Source of the DNA: Hydrolagus affinis
Lineage: Eukaryota
Length of the DNA: 54,184 bases
Assembly (NCBI GenBank): GCA_012026655.1
Contig: JAAILG010002479.1
Coordinates: forward strand, 1-54,184
Reading direction: 5' to 3'
Under the pieces are notes generated by a model. The model was not told the DNA's origin, ran no database searches, and saw nothing but the letters and a program-made list of their open reading frames with translations. The translations under genes were made by a program, and so were the position numbers. Position 1 is the stretch's first letter. Every line of letters starts with the position of its first letter. This document shows, one piece after another, positions 24,091 through 38,660 of this stretch.

Positions 24091-25869
24091 TGATTTTTTT
24101 CCCTGCATGAGCAACATCTTACCCAGTCTGAAGAACGGCAAGGAGGATTGTCTCATCTTATATAAAGGTAATAACCACATTATTTACAGATCACGAGTTG
24201 TATGTTTGCTGATCAGGCTTTCAAGGTGGCTATTTTGTAAGGGAGCAGTAACTAACAGTTGGCGGTGACCCTGCACAGACACAACTGTTGGACGTCTCAC
24301 TCACTCATTCACTCAGTCTCTCTTTCTCTCTCATACATTTTAGCATTCAGAGCTCCAGACTGGCCTCGCCAGTACCGTTATAAACCTCAGCACAGTCTAA
24401 GGCATAGAATGTGTCGGTGAATATTTATATACAGTAAGGCATACCCTTCTATAAATATATGCACTGTACAGTAAGCATCAATCCACAGCCATGCAGGCAT
24501 TTCTTTTTTGTCCCTTTTTTATTTACGCTTTTATATTAATGAAGCCAAAAAATAAAATAAATTTGCTTGGAAAACATTTGCAGGAAACCAGACTGAACTA
24601 CAACCAGCTGAGGTTGAAAGTTCAACATTTTCCTAATGCAACACAAGAGAAACAAACTTAAAAGGCGAGGAGGGTGGATTTGGGGGGGGGGGGGAGGAGG
24701 AGAGGAAAATAAAAAAAAACTACACTTCTAAATAAAATAATCAGTATATTGCGTGCCATCCCTCAGCTTTAAACCGACACCAAGGGAACCCAGACTGGAA
24801 ATCTATGATCCCCAACTCTTAATTAACCCTCCCTTTATTTATTCCCAATGATCTTGAGGGTTTAACTGCATAGCTAAAAGTTAGAAGATGCGATAACAAA
24901 AATTGGGCGTAATAATAATAAATCGATAAAGTCACTACATTTGCTATTTGCACTCATACACCACGCCAACCTTTCAGAAGTATTTACAAAGGAAGTGTGG
25001 CTTCTATGGACGCTCGCAAGTGGCTGCCTTGGGAGAAGGATCAGACTGATGTTTATTTCCCCTTGCGCTCAATCGAGAAAGTTCCCAGATAGAGGAGCGA
25101 AGGGTCCCATGTGATGGGAGTGCACCAAAAAGCGTCGACAGAAGTCCCAGTCATTGTAATGCTAAACTGGGGCCTGGTCACTTGGAATCACTCTTGTTTT
25201 TTAACATCATTCCCTCCCATCAGCATTGGCTTATCGGAAGCTGTTCATGTTTTGAGGCTAATTGGTTAACTTGTGAGTTTAGAATGGCTTATAGGAAGGG
25301 GAGTGTGGGTGGGTGGGGAGAGAATGGGCATTTCATCCAAAAGGTATGAATGCAAGCCAAGGTATCATTAGCAGCTGCAGATTAAGTTTTCCTTTAAAAA
25401 ATAGAAATATGGAGACTGCCACCCGAATGCACTGACCGGCTTGAGTGCAATAGTGAGTAGAGGCGCTAGATCAATTGCAATACAGAGCAACACAATGGCT
25501 TTGGTATCCCAAGAACTTGATCGTCCAAATTCCCAGCACTGTTTTCAGGTAAATCACAGCTATACTATGGCTCTCTCTTTCCATTCCTATACGCTATGTG
25601 GGGAGAAAAGCAGACTCACAGAGCACATTTGGCAGTCAGTCTGCCGCTTCAATAGATAGAGAGGTCACTTAATAGCAGATCAGAATACATTAAAAATGGC
25701 AGCACCACCATTCTAGAGAGCATCTTCCCATGTCAAATGTGGTTCTTTCCTAAAAATAACACCTCATTTACATTGCGCGAAATGAAATTCCACACTCGAT
25801 ACCAGCCGCACATCCGAGCAAGTCCCACAGTCTTCATGATCAAATGTCCTTTCCTTGCACGCACATGGT

Positions 25870-26135
25870 TCATCTTTCCTTGATGTGGTTCTGTGCCTCT
25901 GTACTGTTGCAGAGAATTTCAGTCAGGTCATCCATGATAACTGTTTCCTTTGGGTCTACCAAGTTGAACTCCCTTATAAATAACATAAAATGTGTATACA
26001 GTGCATTCAAATGTCCATGTAGGTCCAATGCAAGAGTCTCCTTAAAATGGGACCAGTAGATGTGCGTTAGTACATGGAATAGATACTTGCAGATTTTTTT
26101 AATTAGCGTCTCGAAGGAGGTTGGGAAGTCTTTGC
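25870..26135 (-). CDS. MOB2: MOB kinase activator 2, last coding exon
   Basis: ttattgcag| then (G)KDFPTSFETLIKKICKYLFHVLTHIYWSHFKETLALDLHGHLNALYTHFMLFIREFNLVDPKETVIMDDLTEILCNSTEAQNHIKER*; 266 nt. Confidence 0.97.
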
Positions 26136-26929
26136 CTGCAATAAGAGAAATAGAATAAGGTTAGAAACTAGCATTGATACCACAGCAAGTGGAGAGTTAA
26201 TGCACTGAAATGGGTGGGAGGGAGAAAGCAAACTGGTCTTTACTTCTGATTCTGATCCACCAAACAATACAATCACAATAACTTTTTTTTAAAGAATTTC
26301 CCATTTTAAAAAATCTTGACAATGCAACTGGGCAAGATACAATGCACATTTACACAACTCTTTCACATCAGCAGGACGTCTCAAACTGCTCAACAGAAAG
26401 GCCAGAGATAGAAGTTTAAAATACTTGAAGCTTTGAAAGGCAACATGAACTAAATACATCTACTGTACATTTAATCTAAGGAATATAATTCAGTGTAACT
26501 CAGTGTAAAACATATTGCCTACCACTGGAGGGAGCCACAGTCCCTATTATGCTGTGAGAGACTGAGTGCCTTGTGCAAAATAGACTGTGCAGTCTTCAAT
26601 ACTCTTAACACTGATTAAGGGATTAAAGTGGAATATATTCATTTCCTGCTTTTTAAAACAAATTTTAATGATTTTTTTTTCCAGAAGTAGGGAAACAGAT
26701 GTATTTCCCTCCTTGTCTACTGTCCAGTTTCTCTGCTCAAAGGCAGTCCGAGACATTTGTCAGCTACAGCACAAGCAGCTCAAATGTTTCCTCAACTCTC
26801 AGGCCCTTGTAAAGACTGCCGACTGACAAAGATAACAGTCAGCTAATAATCTCTTAATTATTGGAATTGCACTCTAAAATGGGAGTTGTGTGAGCCGTGA
26901 CACACTTGAGAACCTGTGAGCCACTGGGT

Positions 26930-27255
26930 GCTGTTGTTTTGTTGTCTTGCCTTCTGGGCCAAAGGGAAGTTGGTTCAAGTCTTGCATCAGGATGTGAGCC
27001 CAGTTGAGGCTTGCACTGCTGAGCAGGACTGTGGGAATGCTCCATAGTGGGAGGTACAATCTTTTGAACGAAATGTGAGTGAACTGGGATTCTGTCCTCA
27101 AATGCAAGTGGTGGATCACCATTTGAAGAGGCAGGAATTTCTACCCACATCTGAGCCAACATCACTTTTCTTCCATCTAGGATTGTTGATGGGATATTGC
27201 TGTGGACAAAATGGCTGCCACAGTTGCCTACCAAAAAACAACAGCCAGTTCACTT
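26930..27255 (+). mobile_element. Deu-domain SINE, degenerate
   Basis: B-box-like GGTTCAAGTC, then ATTTGAAGAGGCAGGAATTTCT…GCCAACATCAC and GCTGTGGACAAAATGGCTGCC. Confidence 0.55.
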
Positions 27256-28483
27256 CATAGTTATAGTAAAGTATGCTATAAAAAGGCAAGTTATTTCTTA
27301 GTTAACCAACTGGATGGAAAGTCCAAACAGGAAATGAATTGCTATTTTCCACAAGCAAATAAGTCAAGCAGAAAATTAAATATGAAAACTAAGTTAAAGG
27401 ATTTTCAAAGGAGTGCTATGAACCCAGTGTTCTTTGCAGTCTGTTCTGTAAAACACCAATCTCATAAGATGGCACCAATTAGATTTGCTGGGAATATAGA
27501 AGCCCTGGCAGCACTCACCACTAGCAGAACCCCTTATCACCAGACCAGTCATGTTCCTGCCTCATCCGGATCCACCAATAGGTTGCTTAAAATCATAAGC
27601 CTGTTCAAATATATTTCTAGTGACCATAGTTCAGAGTCCTACAGTGGCAACTCTGAGTTACATCTGGTCATGCTGTTGCTGCACACAAATTTAAGAGGGG
27701 GGGGGGGAAATCAGTGCCTCCCTCGCTCACTCGTTTATCAGCAGTGCAAACAAGTTACGCAAGAAGAATAGTAACAAACCCTGGACCAGGCACTGTTCCG
27801 ACTGTAAACTGTTTTATATTTTTGCCTTTGCCTTTCAGAGTAATCAGAAAGCCTGAATGCATCACAGCAGATTCAAGTACCCGGGGACAGCAACTGAACG
27901 TTCTGGGACAAAGTTTGAACATGGAAGATGGCAACGTGCCGAGTAACCTGAGTGTTCGGTTGTCAGACTTGTACAGTAATGCAGTGGTCAACTGATTTTT
28001 AAACTGTCACCTGGGCTTTGTTCAGAGCAGAGGAAGCACAAAATGAGAAAGTCACAGGGCAAAGTGGAGATGGAGACAAACACTCGTCTGTTCCAGCCAG
28101 GATCAGCTGCTGTTTACTCTTAGGACTTCTGAGGATTTAAGTCATCTTTAAAATAAGACAAAGAGAACTCGAGTATGTGAACTAATTGGGTTACCGCAGA
28201 GGTCAATCCAAGAGCACGCAATTTAGTCCTCAACACACACAATTCTGTCCAATATTTAACAAGACTCCTGTGAAACAAATTCCTGATTTTATAAATCATC
28301 AACAATTCCTAATGCTTCACACACAATACCAACTGTGGATTGCTACTCTGAGATTGTGTGCATTGTAAGAGTTGAATGCACTGAGTGAGGGCATAGTTAT
28401 GAGTTATGAGGCCACACAAATTATATCTTGGACATTGTCTCTGTGCCAAAGAATCTCTACAAAAAATATACATGAAAACCTAC

Positions 28484-28608
28484 CATATTTTGTTGGAAAA
28501 ATATCTTCATCTGTCACTGACTTCTGTACACTAGTCATTACGAAATCCACATACTGGGGCGCTGTGCATTTGATTTTCTTTCCCCTCTCATCATACCAGT
28601 AATATTGC
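28484..28608 (-). CDS. MOB2: MOB2 internal exon (125 nt)
   Basis: caacag| QYYWYDERGKKIKCTAPQYVDFVMTSVQKSVTDEDIFPTKYG |gtaggt. Confidence 0.97.
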
Positions 28609-31600
28609 CTGTTGAGAGAGAAATAAAAGTTACAATTCTCTAGAATCTGATTCACGTTGGATAATCTACACCTCGCTAACTCCCGTCTCCGTACGCCAGA
28701 GCCATTTTCAGGTAAAGGGCTTGTGTTTAGCCAATGCAAAAAAAAACTTATTCTCCCTCCCATCCCCACTGCCGAGATCAAACAGCGATTCTTCAAACAA
28801 ATCAAGTGTAAATAAAAATGTAAGCATTTTTAATCTGGTGACATAGTATTTAAATAAAACCAATGTTTTCATGTTCAGCTTAACAATAACAATAACTTGC
28901 ATTTATATAGAGCACTCCACATGGGCGGCGTCTTAAGTGATACTTAAGTAATACTAGAAGTGATGTACAAGGGGGAAGGGTGGAGGGAAATACAAAATTG
29001 TTTGCATTTCATCAATAAACTACCATTTTACTTTATCAATGCCTTAAATGTAGTTATTACTTTGTTGGACGGCAATATGTTTGGGGAACAAGAGACAATT
29101 CAAACGCTGGCAACAGGAGAAAAGCTGCAATTCAATCAGAGATTGGATGACAAGAGAGACAGAGCAGCCAGACAATGTGAGAGACTAACCCCAGGATCAA
29201 AGCATGGTGCCGCGTAGCTGATAAGGGTGTACAAGGTTAGACGCAACACACTCAGCCTATTTCAATTTGAATTTGAAGCTTGCCTTCTTATACAGACTGG
29301 TGTCAAAACATCTTGGAAAAATGCAGCTTTGATTCTGCGAGTAAAGACAAGAATCTGGTCCAAACCGACACTTCAATAGCACTTTTTTAGGATTATAAGT
29401 AAACATACATTTGCAATGGTAAACAGAGCAGCAGTGACTGCCCAAAACAGCTACAGGTCATTACTTGAAATATGGCATTGCTGCTAAACAGGATGGAGGA
29501 GAAGGATCAGGTCCCTGCACAAGACACCACTGTGGACAGATTTATACTGATGAACACAAGTAACATCTCGTTGCTCATTGTAATGTTAATTGTTACGAAA
29601 AACATAGTGATGTATAATTTATTTATTATAAAGCAATACAGAGATGAACACTGGATGGGCAATTAATGTAGGTGGGGGCATACAATTAGTCTGGGCCATT
29701 CAAATGCGTGTAGGAACTACATAAAGCCTGAAACAGAAGGAGCGCAGAGTATGGAACTGTTACAGCAGCATGGAGGAAGAACTCTAGCAAAACGACCGCA
29801 GTATGCAATCTGGACTGGTCAGGGGAGAGACAAAGACGAGTGACTAACAGGTGCTACTCTTGTTCACCAGAGCCATACAGACACACTGTTGGTCTCTCCT
29901 GTAGACAATGCACGTACACGTAAAATGAATTCAATACAATCAAAGGAGCTTTTGCTTACTGTTGGTCTCCACTTAGCTCACAGCCAGAGGCACTGCTGCC
30001 AAAGGCAAAGCTGAAATGTGTGTTGAACAATACAATGTGGTGGGAATGCGTGCCGAGGTTGATAGATTTGCCTTACAACAGTTTTGCCGATGGCAAGTCA
30101 GCTAAGAGCATTGGTGTCAGCTTTATCAGTGCTTGTAAACAATTGTATGCAGGTGCTATGTTTCCCCCGAAGCTAATGGGATAGTGTCAGCACAACTGTG
30201 AAAGCAACTCCCAAATCTGCTGACTTCTTAGAAAATAATCTAGTCAATAACCACACAACTCAAAAACAAGGCTTTACGATTCAATTCCTACAGGAGTGTG
30301 GTTCAAAACACAGGCTATAATACAGTTGACTAATTGGAATCTCAGTGACAGAACAGTTCGATAGCACATTCATCTGGCCTATGATAGCACTCCAATACAT
30401 AAGAGTACAAATAATACTGAAATGTTGCAGCTTCATTTCACTGTACACTCAACGTGTGAAAGAAATTTGCATTGGGACTAAATGTCAAATGAGCTGTGGC
30501 CAGATAGTGTCCCTCACTGGTTAAATGCCATGTGTTCTGAGGACTTTGACTTGCATCAATTTTCTGTGGCCTGGAACAGCTGTAAGCAGAGTTCCATCAG
30601 TTTCCTATGAGCATATTACATCATAAGCTTAATTTCACTTTGTGCAGAAGCATTGCATTGCTAGCTCCCTCTCCTCAGCAATTTCTGAGTATGAATCAGT
30701 TTCACCTCGATGATTACAGTCCCTCCTTTTGCAAGTGTGGACTCGCCGTGATCAGGGTGAAGATATTTAACCACAGGCTCAGACAAGAAACTCACACCTA
30801 CAAAAAGTCAAAGCTTGGCTCTTCAGCCTTAAGCTATGTCTTCTTGTTAAACTACTCAGGTTCTCTTTTCTGATCACAGACAGGGCTAACGAGCAAAACC
30901 AGTAAGAACTAAAGATTGCACTTCACTGTTGAGAAATGCTAATTTCAGTGGCTTGTGTAATATTTAATACAACTCTTACAACTCTGTGCTAAACCTATTT
31001 AGATGACACAATCCAGACAAAGGGTTTCCAATATAAGAACCGCAAAGACATTCGCAAATAAAACTCACGCTTCAAACAGTTTAAATATCTTTCAGAAGAA
31101 TTCAGTCTATTTGAGCAATTAAGAACACTCCTAATCCACAACTGGAAGTTAGAAAACACGAAGTAATTTAGTTTCATCGGAGAGAAAGAGAACCTATTTG
31201 AATAACTTTGGCCCTTACTCGGATCACTTTCGACTTTTGATTTTCTGGAAGAGCCTCATTTTACTTCATAGTTTTTCGCAATGGCGTTGACCAATTCAGA
31301 ATGAATGCTTTAATAATAGACTGTTCAGCTATTGGGTCAAAAGTGAAGGCAACGGACATTAATGACCCAGATTATTTGGAGACTGAATGAAGGGAGCAAC
31401 ACACAGTCTGCTCTCACGCTTGTCCACTTGCTGGTATTCCTGGCTAGTCATACTGAAAGACATCTGAACTGTGATGCAAGATCTAAAGAGGCTTTTTTTT
31501 TGAAGATGCATTTGTAGACAACACAAACTTCCAAAAATACATTCCCAAGCAGAGAATGCTCACAGGAAAAACGTAGCATCTTGTGAAATTTGGCAAAAAC

Positions 31601-34088
31601 TATGGGGCCCTTGAATAAACAGCTGTAAAGAAATCCACAATTGGTGGAATTCTGCATCAAAGGTAGGCAAAGAGGTCATTTTCAGAGACGTCTGTCTGCC
31701 AACAACAACCACGTGATGTCCCTATGTGGTGTTACGCATCACCTCAGTCCCCTACAACACAGTCGTATGGGATTGAAATCTTTGCAACGAGGTGACAAAA
31801 TAAAAATTGGAGCTTGAAAACCATTAGAATGAGTGTTAGGTTTTAAAAGCTTAGGGGGGGGCTTCTTATTCAGGGGTAAATAAATGCAGTATGTTAAAGC
31901 TATCACATTTTGCAGTGTTTCAATAACAGTTTCAACCTAGTGTAAACTCTGGCAAAGCTGAAAAACAAGTTCCTGCTTCTTGGAAGCAGTTCGAGCAGCT
32001 GCAGATTCCCAAGTCTTTAAAGTCTCATTGATTAATGCCACTCTTCTCAGACTCGTCTGCTCAGGAATGTGGCTGTGTAAAGGCAGCATGGATCTGCTGT
32101 CGCTGGCAGCACCTCACCAACAAAACTGATGGTGGGGGGGGGGGCGGGGAAGGAGAAGAGGAGAGACTGGATCTGATCAACATGAAATGGGGTCAGGGTA
32201 TGCACCACTGACAGTGTGCTCCAGGCTATGCAGCTGAGATAGACACTGCTATTACAAGTCAAAGGGTAATCAATCTGCACAAGAACTTACATAGATGAGT
32301 TGGACTCTAACTTTCCTATTTTATACCCAAGGTCACTGAAATATCATCACCAAACACATATCCAAACTTTTAGGTGATGGTATGAATAATCCGTATAATA
32401 ATAAAAAAATTAAATGCGGTCACTCAATCCATGCTGGACACTTTTGGACCTCTCAACGGTGTGATCATGTTTTTCTTTGTCAAATGCAAGGATTTTACAC
32501 ATTCTAGGCAGGATTAGACTTGTAGAAAGGTTCTTATCTGTTTTAGATGAGACTACTTTTACTCTCCTCGTCTGTTGCTACAAATCCTGCTGACAGGTTG
32601 GTATTGGGTTTCTCCAATTGGTTTCATAAACCTCATTGTTCTTCTGACAAGCGCACATCAATCCAGTTTGAATTGAAGCCAAACAGAAAGTTGTGCGCAA
32701 GGCTCAAAAATAAATCTTCCGTGAATAAATGTAACAGCAGCCCTGTGTGGAAAAATAAGTGGAATACTGAAGTGGTGAAAGACAAAGATGGGGATGGAAT
32801 TATTCGGCTAAAAAATGACCTTTTCCTGACATAATTATTTTTTCCCCCTAAGGTAGCAGCTTCAGCAAGGTCTGGAACAATCCCAAGGTGTTGTTGTATT
32901 GGAATCTTAAGAGAACCAGGAACACAGTCGTTTAGAGGTGGAGTTGAGGAATTTCCAAGCCTTGACCATCAGTTCAACGCAATCAGCTTCCAACACCATC
33001 AAGCTCCACTGGTTCTCAAGCCAGGCTGCTAGAGGTAAACCTAGTTTAGCTCTTAAACACAAGTTGAACCTGCCAATCCAAGTCAAACATGAAGCCAGCG
33101 TTTTATTCGCAGGCTTCATTTCAAAAATTGTGACTCAATTATGAGACATTTAGGTGCATTGCCATTACTTAACATTCTAGTGAAGTGATTAAGAGTTCTG
33201 TTTTACAGTAAAATTGGCGTCAAACTTCAAATTATTGTATTCTGCTGAATTTTCTGATGACTACGTCGATATGTACAGTACTCACTTTCCCCTTCCATCT
33301 GTCAACACTTGAGTAAATCTAACTAATGTTAGATCCAAGTAAACAGGAGGAATTTGTGTTACTTGAAATACTTATGCAACAATTGGCTAGGACCCTTCTC
33401 TCTCACCAGGTGTTGATTCACTTTGTGCAATAACCCTGGGGCCAAAAGCTTCCTTTTGTACCACAACATAAAAAAAGCTTCACAAAAGCCTGAACATGTA
33501 CCAGCCTCTACCTGTAGATGTAACCCAATCTGTTTGACATGCTTTGCAAAACATTGGTAGGATTGGTATGTTGTTGCAAGGGAAATTAATCATCACAATC
33601 TATTGGGAATGCATCATTGACTGCACTGAGCTCCTATTTTGCTCAGAATATTCAGCTTTTAGATCTAGTTTGGTATGTTGAGATGTGAGTTTCTGAATTT
33701 AAACTCGAAGATTAACATGAAGAAGCACTCGGCAACATTTAAGACAGCAAGCAATGTTTTATAGCTGCGGTCTGACTGAAGTACCATTTCAAAGATCCCC
33801 TCCCCACTCTGAAACTGGGTCATTCGGGGCACCAAACCAGGAGCCCAAACATGTACCATGAACCATAATTGAGCAGGCATAGGTTTTCAGCAACAATCTC
33901 TCTGCTTTTCAGTTTTTCCAGGAAGCTCTGCAAATTATTACGTAGTAATTTTAGACGGAGTGGAAAATACAAGAAATGAACACCATTCAAACCGGGAACC
34001 TCCTGGTCCCATGTTCAAACAACAAACAGGTAAGTGGGCTATTACATTTCTCCTGCTTAAATGAGTAGTCATTTTCAAGTTCAAACTA

Positions 34089-34294
34089 CAGTAAAAGCCC
34101 ATTTATCCATCACCCAATCAACCGTAACTTCCGTACAACCGGCATTGCAAAAAAAAAGTCTGCATTCAATTAACCGGAATTTATCCAGAAAAATGCATTG
34201 AATTTTTTTTGTTGTTTTCGGCCAAATATCCAGCACGCGCTTTAACCGGCATTGGCCAGGTCCCGAGGGTGCCGGATAAACGGGCTTTTTACTG
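34089..34294. mobile_element. Tigger/pogo-like MITE (~206 bp)
   Basis: TA|CAGTAAAAGCCCATTTATCC … GGATAAACGGGCTTTTTACTG|TA: TIRs with TA target-site duplication on both sides. Confidence 0.85.
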
Positions 34295-35725
34295 TATATG
34301 GAAGTTTCAGCATTACACAATCCACGTTAGACTAAAATTTGCACAAGGTTAGCAACTGGTTAAACTACAATGTTAAACGCCTGTACACATGAGTTAGTGC
34401 CTCTTGTACCATGTTTTATTTTGTAAATAGAGGGCCTCACAGCTATAATTCAGTAACTCCACTGATCGCAAAAGCATTCGATGGAAGAAAATTCACCATG
34501 TTGCTTTTGGGAAAGCAAACTTGCCAAGAGAGTCTGAGGTAGCCCAATAGTAACTATTACTCAAAGTCAATTTATTTAATGAGCATTTGGCAGCATAAAT
34601 AAGTACTTACAGGAGGTCACAAAGGGAAGCGGAAAGTGAAGATTAAGCAATTCCCTCCCGGGGAAGAGGAAAATACTGATTAAAATGCTTTGATGAGCTG
34701 GGTTGGGAAGAGGCTAAAAAAAGACCTAGGAATAGTTAATGTTGGGTGGTGGTGGTTACAGATAATTAAATGCGAGAATAGAAGTAAAGTAATGAGGTAG
34801 AATTTATTCCACCAACTGCATTAGTTTGTTTTTTTTGCTAACATTTTGTTGCTGGTCAATAATACTATTGCAGAGGTACCTTTCAATTCATCAGCAACAT
34901 GAAGCATGTGAAGACACAAGACAAATTCTACTGTTGTAAAAGAGCTGTGTAGTGGAGATTGAATTATGATTATATCAGTTCCACTCTCTCTACCAGCTGT
35001 GACCACAAGAAATAAGGAAGTTGTACAGACTAGTAGACAACGAGAAAATAGGATAAGGATTGCTGTAAGTGATGTGATTGACTTCCTTCTCAAGTCCCGT
35101 CAAAAGCCACAGCTTTCTTCGTGCCCACACGTCATGCTACACTAAGCACAGAACCTTTTCAGGCCAACAATTTGCGAGGAATCATTTCACTTGGTGGCAG
35201 CATGGAATTATCAGCCATTGCACATAAGTTTCCACATCTAGTTCAATTCAGTTTGTTCTCCAAAATGCAAAATAAAAGCACACGCTTAAAGACTTATAGG
35301 CAGGGAAGAATGGGTGGACAGGAGCAAATCAAAGGGCATTTTTAAAACAAAATGTACTATTCAGGACGTAAGTCGAAAGTCAAATAAATAATGTCACTGA
35401 ATTGGTTCAGCATTAGATCAATAATATACAATATATGGGTCACCACAGCAACATTATGTGTTGTATGTGGAAATATCTGACCAGCCACTACACAGTGGAA
35501 AATTCTATTTCATATGCAGCAGTCCACCCCACCCACCTTTCATGAGTTCAGAAGTATCCAGCAAGGCAGAAGTGATCCGGAGATAGGATGACACACACAT
35601 TTCATACATCTTAGAACTTAGCAAAAAGGAGTTTGTGGTTGTGGATTTTGTTTCAGGAATAGCTCAAAGGTTTTCACAACAGTTACAGTAATCTGTTATT
35701 TAAGGGTTATTGTGAAAGCACTTAC

Positions 35726-35819
35726 GTATTGCACACGGTCATAGTCTGACATGTTTCTCCAGTGCAGAACTCGGAGATGGTGCTGTACTGTAAGTTTATG
35801 TGATTGAAGAATGTTGTTG
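35726..35819 (-). CDS. MOB2: MOB2 internal exon (94 nt)
   Basis: ctttag| TTTFFNHINLQYSTISEFCTGETCQTMTVCNT |gtaagt. Not shown in this frame by the ORF track. Confidence 0.97.
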
Positions 35820-36480
35820 CTAAAGTGGGAGGAAATACAACAAAAATAGGTTAAGTGGTTTATTGCAAGGTACAGAACCCAAGGAAAACTTTTGCAAACC
35901 ACAGACGTAACATGATAGGAATGACTGGGTGAAAGATTTATATAATTAAGTTTATATTATTGAAACTAATTGATATAAATCATCTTGGTTGGCTTCTGTG
36001 GACAACAGATAATGTAAAATATATCTGTTTGGAATCTGCACAGGACAGATGAAGGGATTATCAAGTTAAATGTAATTGTGAAAATAAATCAGTAAAATGC
36101 AGTTTCACACAGACAACCGACTAATCTTTTCAGTTACAGGTGACCTTCATTGCACAATAGTTAACTATTCATTTAAAACTGCCAGTTAGGGATAGTATAT
36201 ACGGAAGGGAGGAGGTGAACAGAGAAGGATTCAGTCAGACAGGCAGACCAGCATGTCCTAATAATAACATCAGTTTACAATGGGTTTTCAGTGCCATGAT
36301 AATTATTAGAACACTATGGAATATTTGAAAGGACTTGTTGCACGCAGGGAGATTTGGCTTCCTCTTGCACACAGGATGCAACGCTTTGGTAGGAACCATT
36401 AAACATTATAAATCTGATTAAATACAAAATGACTGTGCAGCAAGGTATGCAAATTGCTTAGTTGAACAACAGAAACTTAC

Positions 36481-36641
36481 TATTGCTGGCCAGCCATTCA
36501 TTTAAGTCAATTTCACGCGGTAAAGTCACCAGTTCCTTGAAGTTGAAGTCTGTAATTCGGGCTTTGGTGTATTCCTGCTCCAAGTACAATTTCTTCTCTT
36601 CTGCTGCTGTTTTTTTACCATTTGGCTTAGTCTTTGACTTC
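36481..36641 (-). CDS. MOB2: MOB2 first shared exon (161 nt)
   Basis: tctcag| KSKTKPNGKKTAAEEKKLYLEQEYTKARITDFNFKELVTLPREIDLNEWLASN |gtaagt. Confidence 0.97.
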
Positions 36642-38331
36642 CTGAGAGGAAACAAACATGAAAGGCAGATTAGCAGAGTGGGACGAGGTTGGCCAGATTT
36701 CAATTGAACTGAATGTGTAACATTTGCTTTATGGTCTCACAAATATTTATAACATTTACAGAAATGTCACAGAGAGAATTCAACATGCTCCAGTGCTGTA
36801 CAAGACAATGAAGCTTAAAAAGAAAAACAAATGAGCATGGGAACATGCAACAACATTAAAAAAAGACTTAATTCCCACAATGTACTCGGTGGTTCAAGTT
36901 AAATAAGTCAAGGTGGGTGCCCCTTTGCTGACATAACTAATCAAATCCACCGACTGCCCTTTCCTATACCCATACAATATTCATTAACCTTATTGGTAAG
37001 GCTTTACAGAAATAAAAGCAAACAGTTCAGTGGCAAACACATTAGAGCTCTGCCACTGGGCATTAGGATAGAATACAACTTGTGATGTCCCACTTTTAGC
37101 CATGCCACAGGGACGAGGGGTTGGACATCGGGCAAAATCTCCAACTAATTTTGATGAAACAAATTTGCCAGAGTATGTGCCCAGAATATGCTCTCAGCTT
37201 CAGAAGTGCTTGGGGGAAACTTCAAGGAGAAAACAAAGCATATCTGTTTCAACATAAAGTGAGCTACAGTACTATCAAACTAATTCAGATTTTTGCAAAT
37301 AGCTAAGACTATGCCCAGTATATACAATAGAAAAGTAAATGGAACAGAGTCCATAAAGGAGACAATGACACTTAATGTAAATTGCTTAATCCTAAATTAT
37401 CCTCAAATTCAAAAGACATCACAATATATCTACAAGACCTGGACAACAGAAAATGTTTTGTTCCATTTCAGGTTCAACCAGGAGCCTGATGAACAGAAAA
37501 GAAGCAAGGGCACCAATGGTGCAATTTAGTACAATGTCTACAGTAGGTTTAAAACCTTTCAGTGTGGCTGAGCGCCCAAATACAGAATGACTCCATGTTC
37601 CTGCAAGTCTTTCAGTAGGGTTCAGGCTGTTGTATGCAGACCAGCTGCAAGAATCTTGAGACCCAGGTGCAGCTATACTGACCTTTACGCACAAGAGTTT
37701 ACTGTCTGTTCTTTACCTCTCCAAACACATTCCCCATGTTACGGTATGTAAAAAAGGTTTATCCTTTTCATTGGCGGGGCTCAGCTGTTAAGCTTTTAAG
37801 ACATCTGCCCACCACATTCATCATGAGTCAATAGTGCAACACTAGTTGCTTAGTCAAGCTTGGCCAGCACGATGGGAATTCATTCAACATTTGCGTTTTT
37901 AAGGAGAATATTGTAAATGCTACAAATGTTATGGGGTGGGTGGAACAGCTGGTCGGCCTTTCAGTGCAAACTCCTCAACCCAAAAGTATATTACAGTAAA
38001 ACAGGTGTTCATGTTAGCAACACAAATGCAACATGAATGTGAGGAAATGAGACTGCTTTTAAAGCTGAGGTTAACTAACGAACAAGGACAGAACCTGAAC
38101 TGTAATAGCCACTTTACTCGTGACGTTTGTAGTAACAACAACAACAGCTTTGATTTATACAGCGCTCTCCACGCCGGACGATGTCTCAGAGTACAAAGTA
38201 AGATCAAATTATTTTTGCTTTCATTTCCTCGGCAAGCAAAGTAAGAAAAATTAAAGCGTCCCAGAGTGCTGCATGTGACCTTGCTGTCAGACATAGTGAC
38301 TGTTTTTGTAGGCAACTTATCTGGCTCTTCT

Positions 38332-38660
38332 TAATAATAATAATATAACCCTTGCATTTGATATAGCACTTTTCACGTCTTCTAGACATCTCAAAGCACT
38401 TCACAGAATATACTGTAAAGTGAATTGATTGTATATTTGTGGGCGAAATGCGGTAGCCAATTGCACACAGCAGTGTCCAACAAACAGTCGTGGATTGAAA
38501 TTATCAATTTTATTATAGGTTTATTTTTAGATGGATTATTATCAGGCGTGTGTGTGGAGTAAGGAAACTTGCCCACGGTTTCGCCCTGACCTGCCTGGGT
38601 TAGAAACACAGGTCTCATGCTTGTAAGGCGAGTGCTCTGACCACTGAGCTACAGGACTCC
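38332..38660 (-). mobile_element. Full-length tRNA-headed SINE (family A)
   Basis: Colinear with 4151-4485. A box intact; B box degenerate (GTTTCTAACCC). Confidence 0.9.

Noticed and set aside
27202-27771. Longest ORF in the track (189 aa, + strand)
   Set aside because: Antisense within a MOB2 intron, begins in a SINE remnant at a non-ATG codon, and has no recognisable homology.
28404-28805. 133-aa ORF as a standalone gene (likewise 36458-36703)
   Set aside because: Only the central part is a MOB2 exon; the flanks are intronic read-through.
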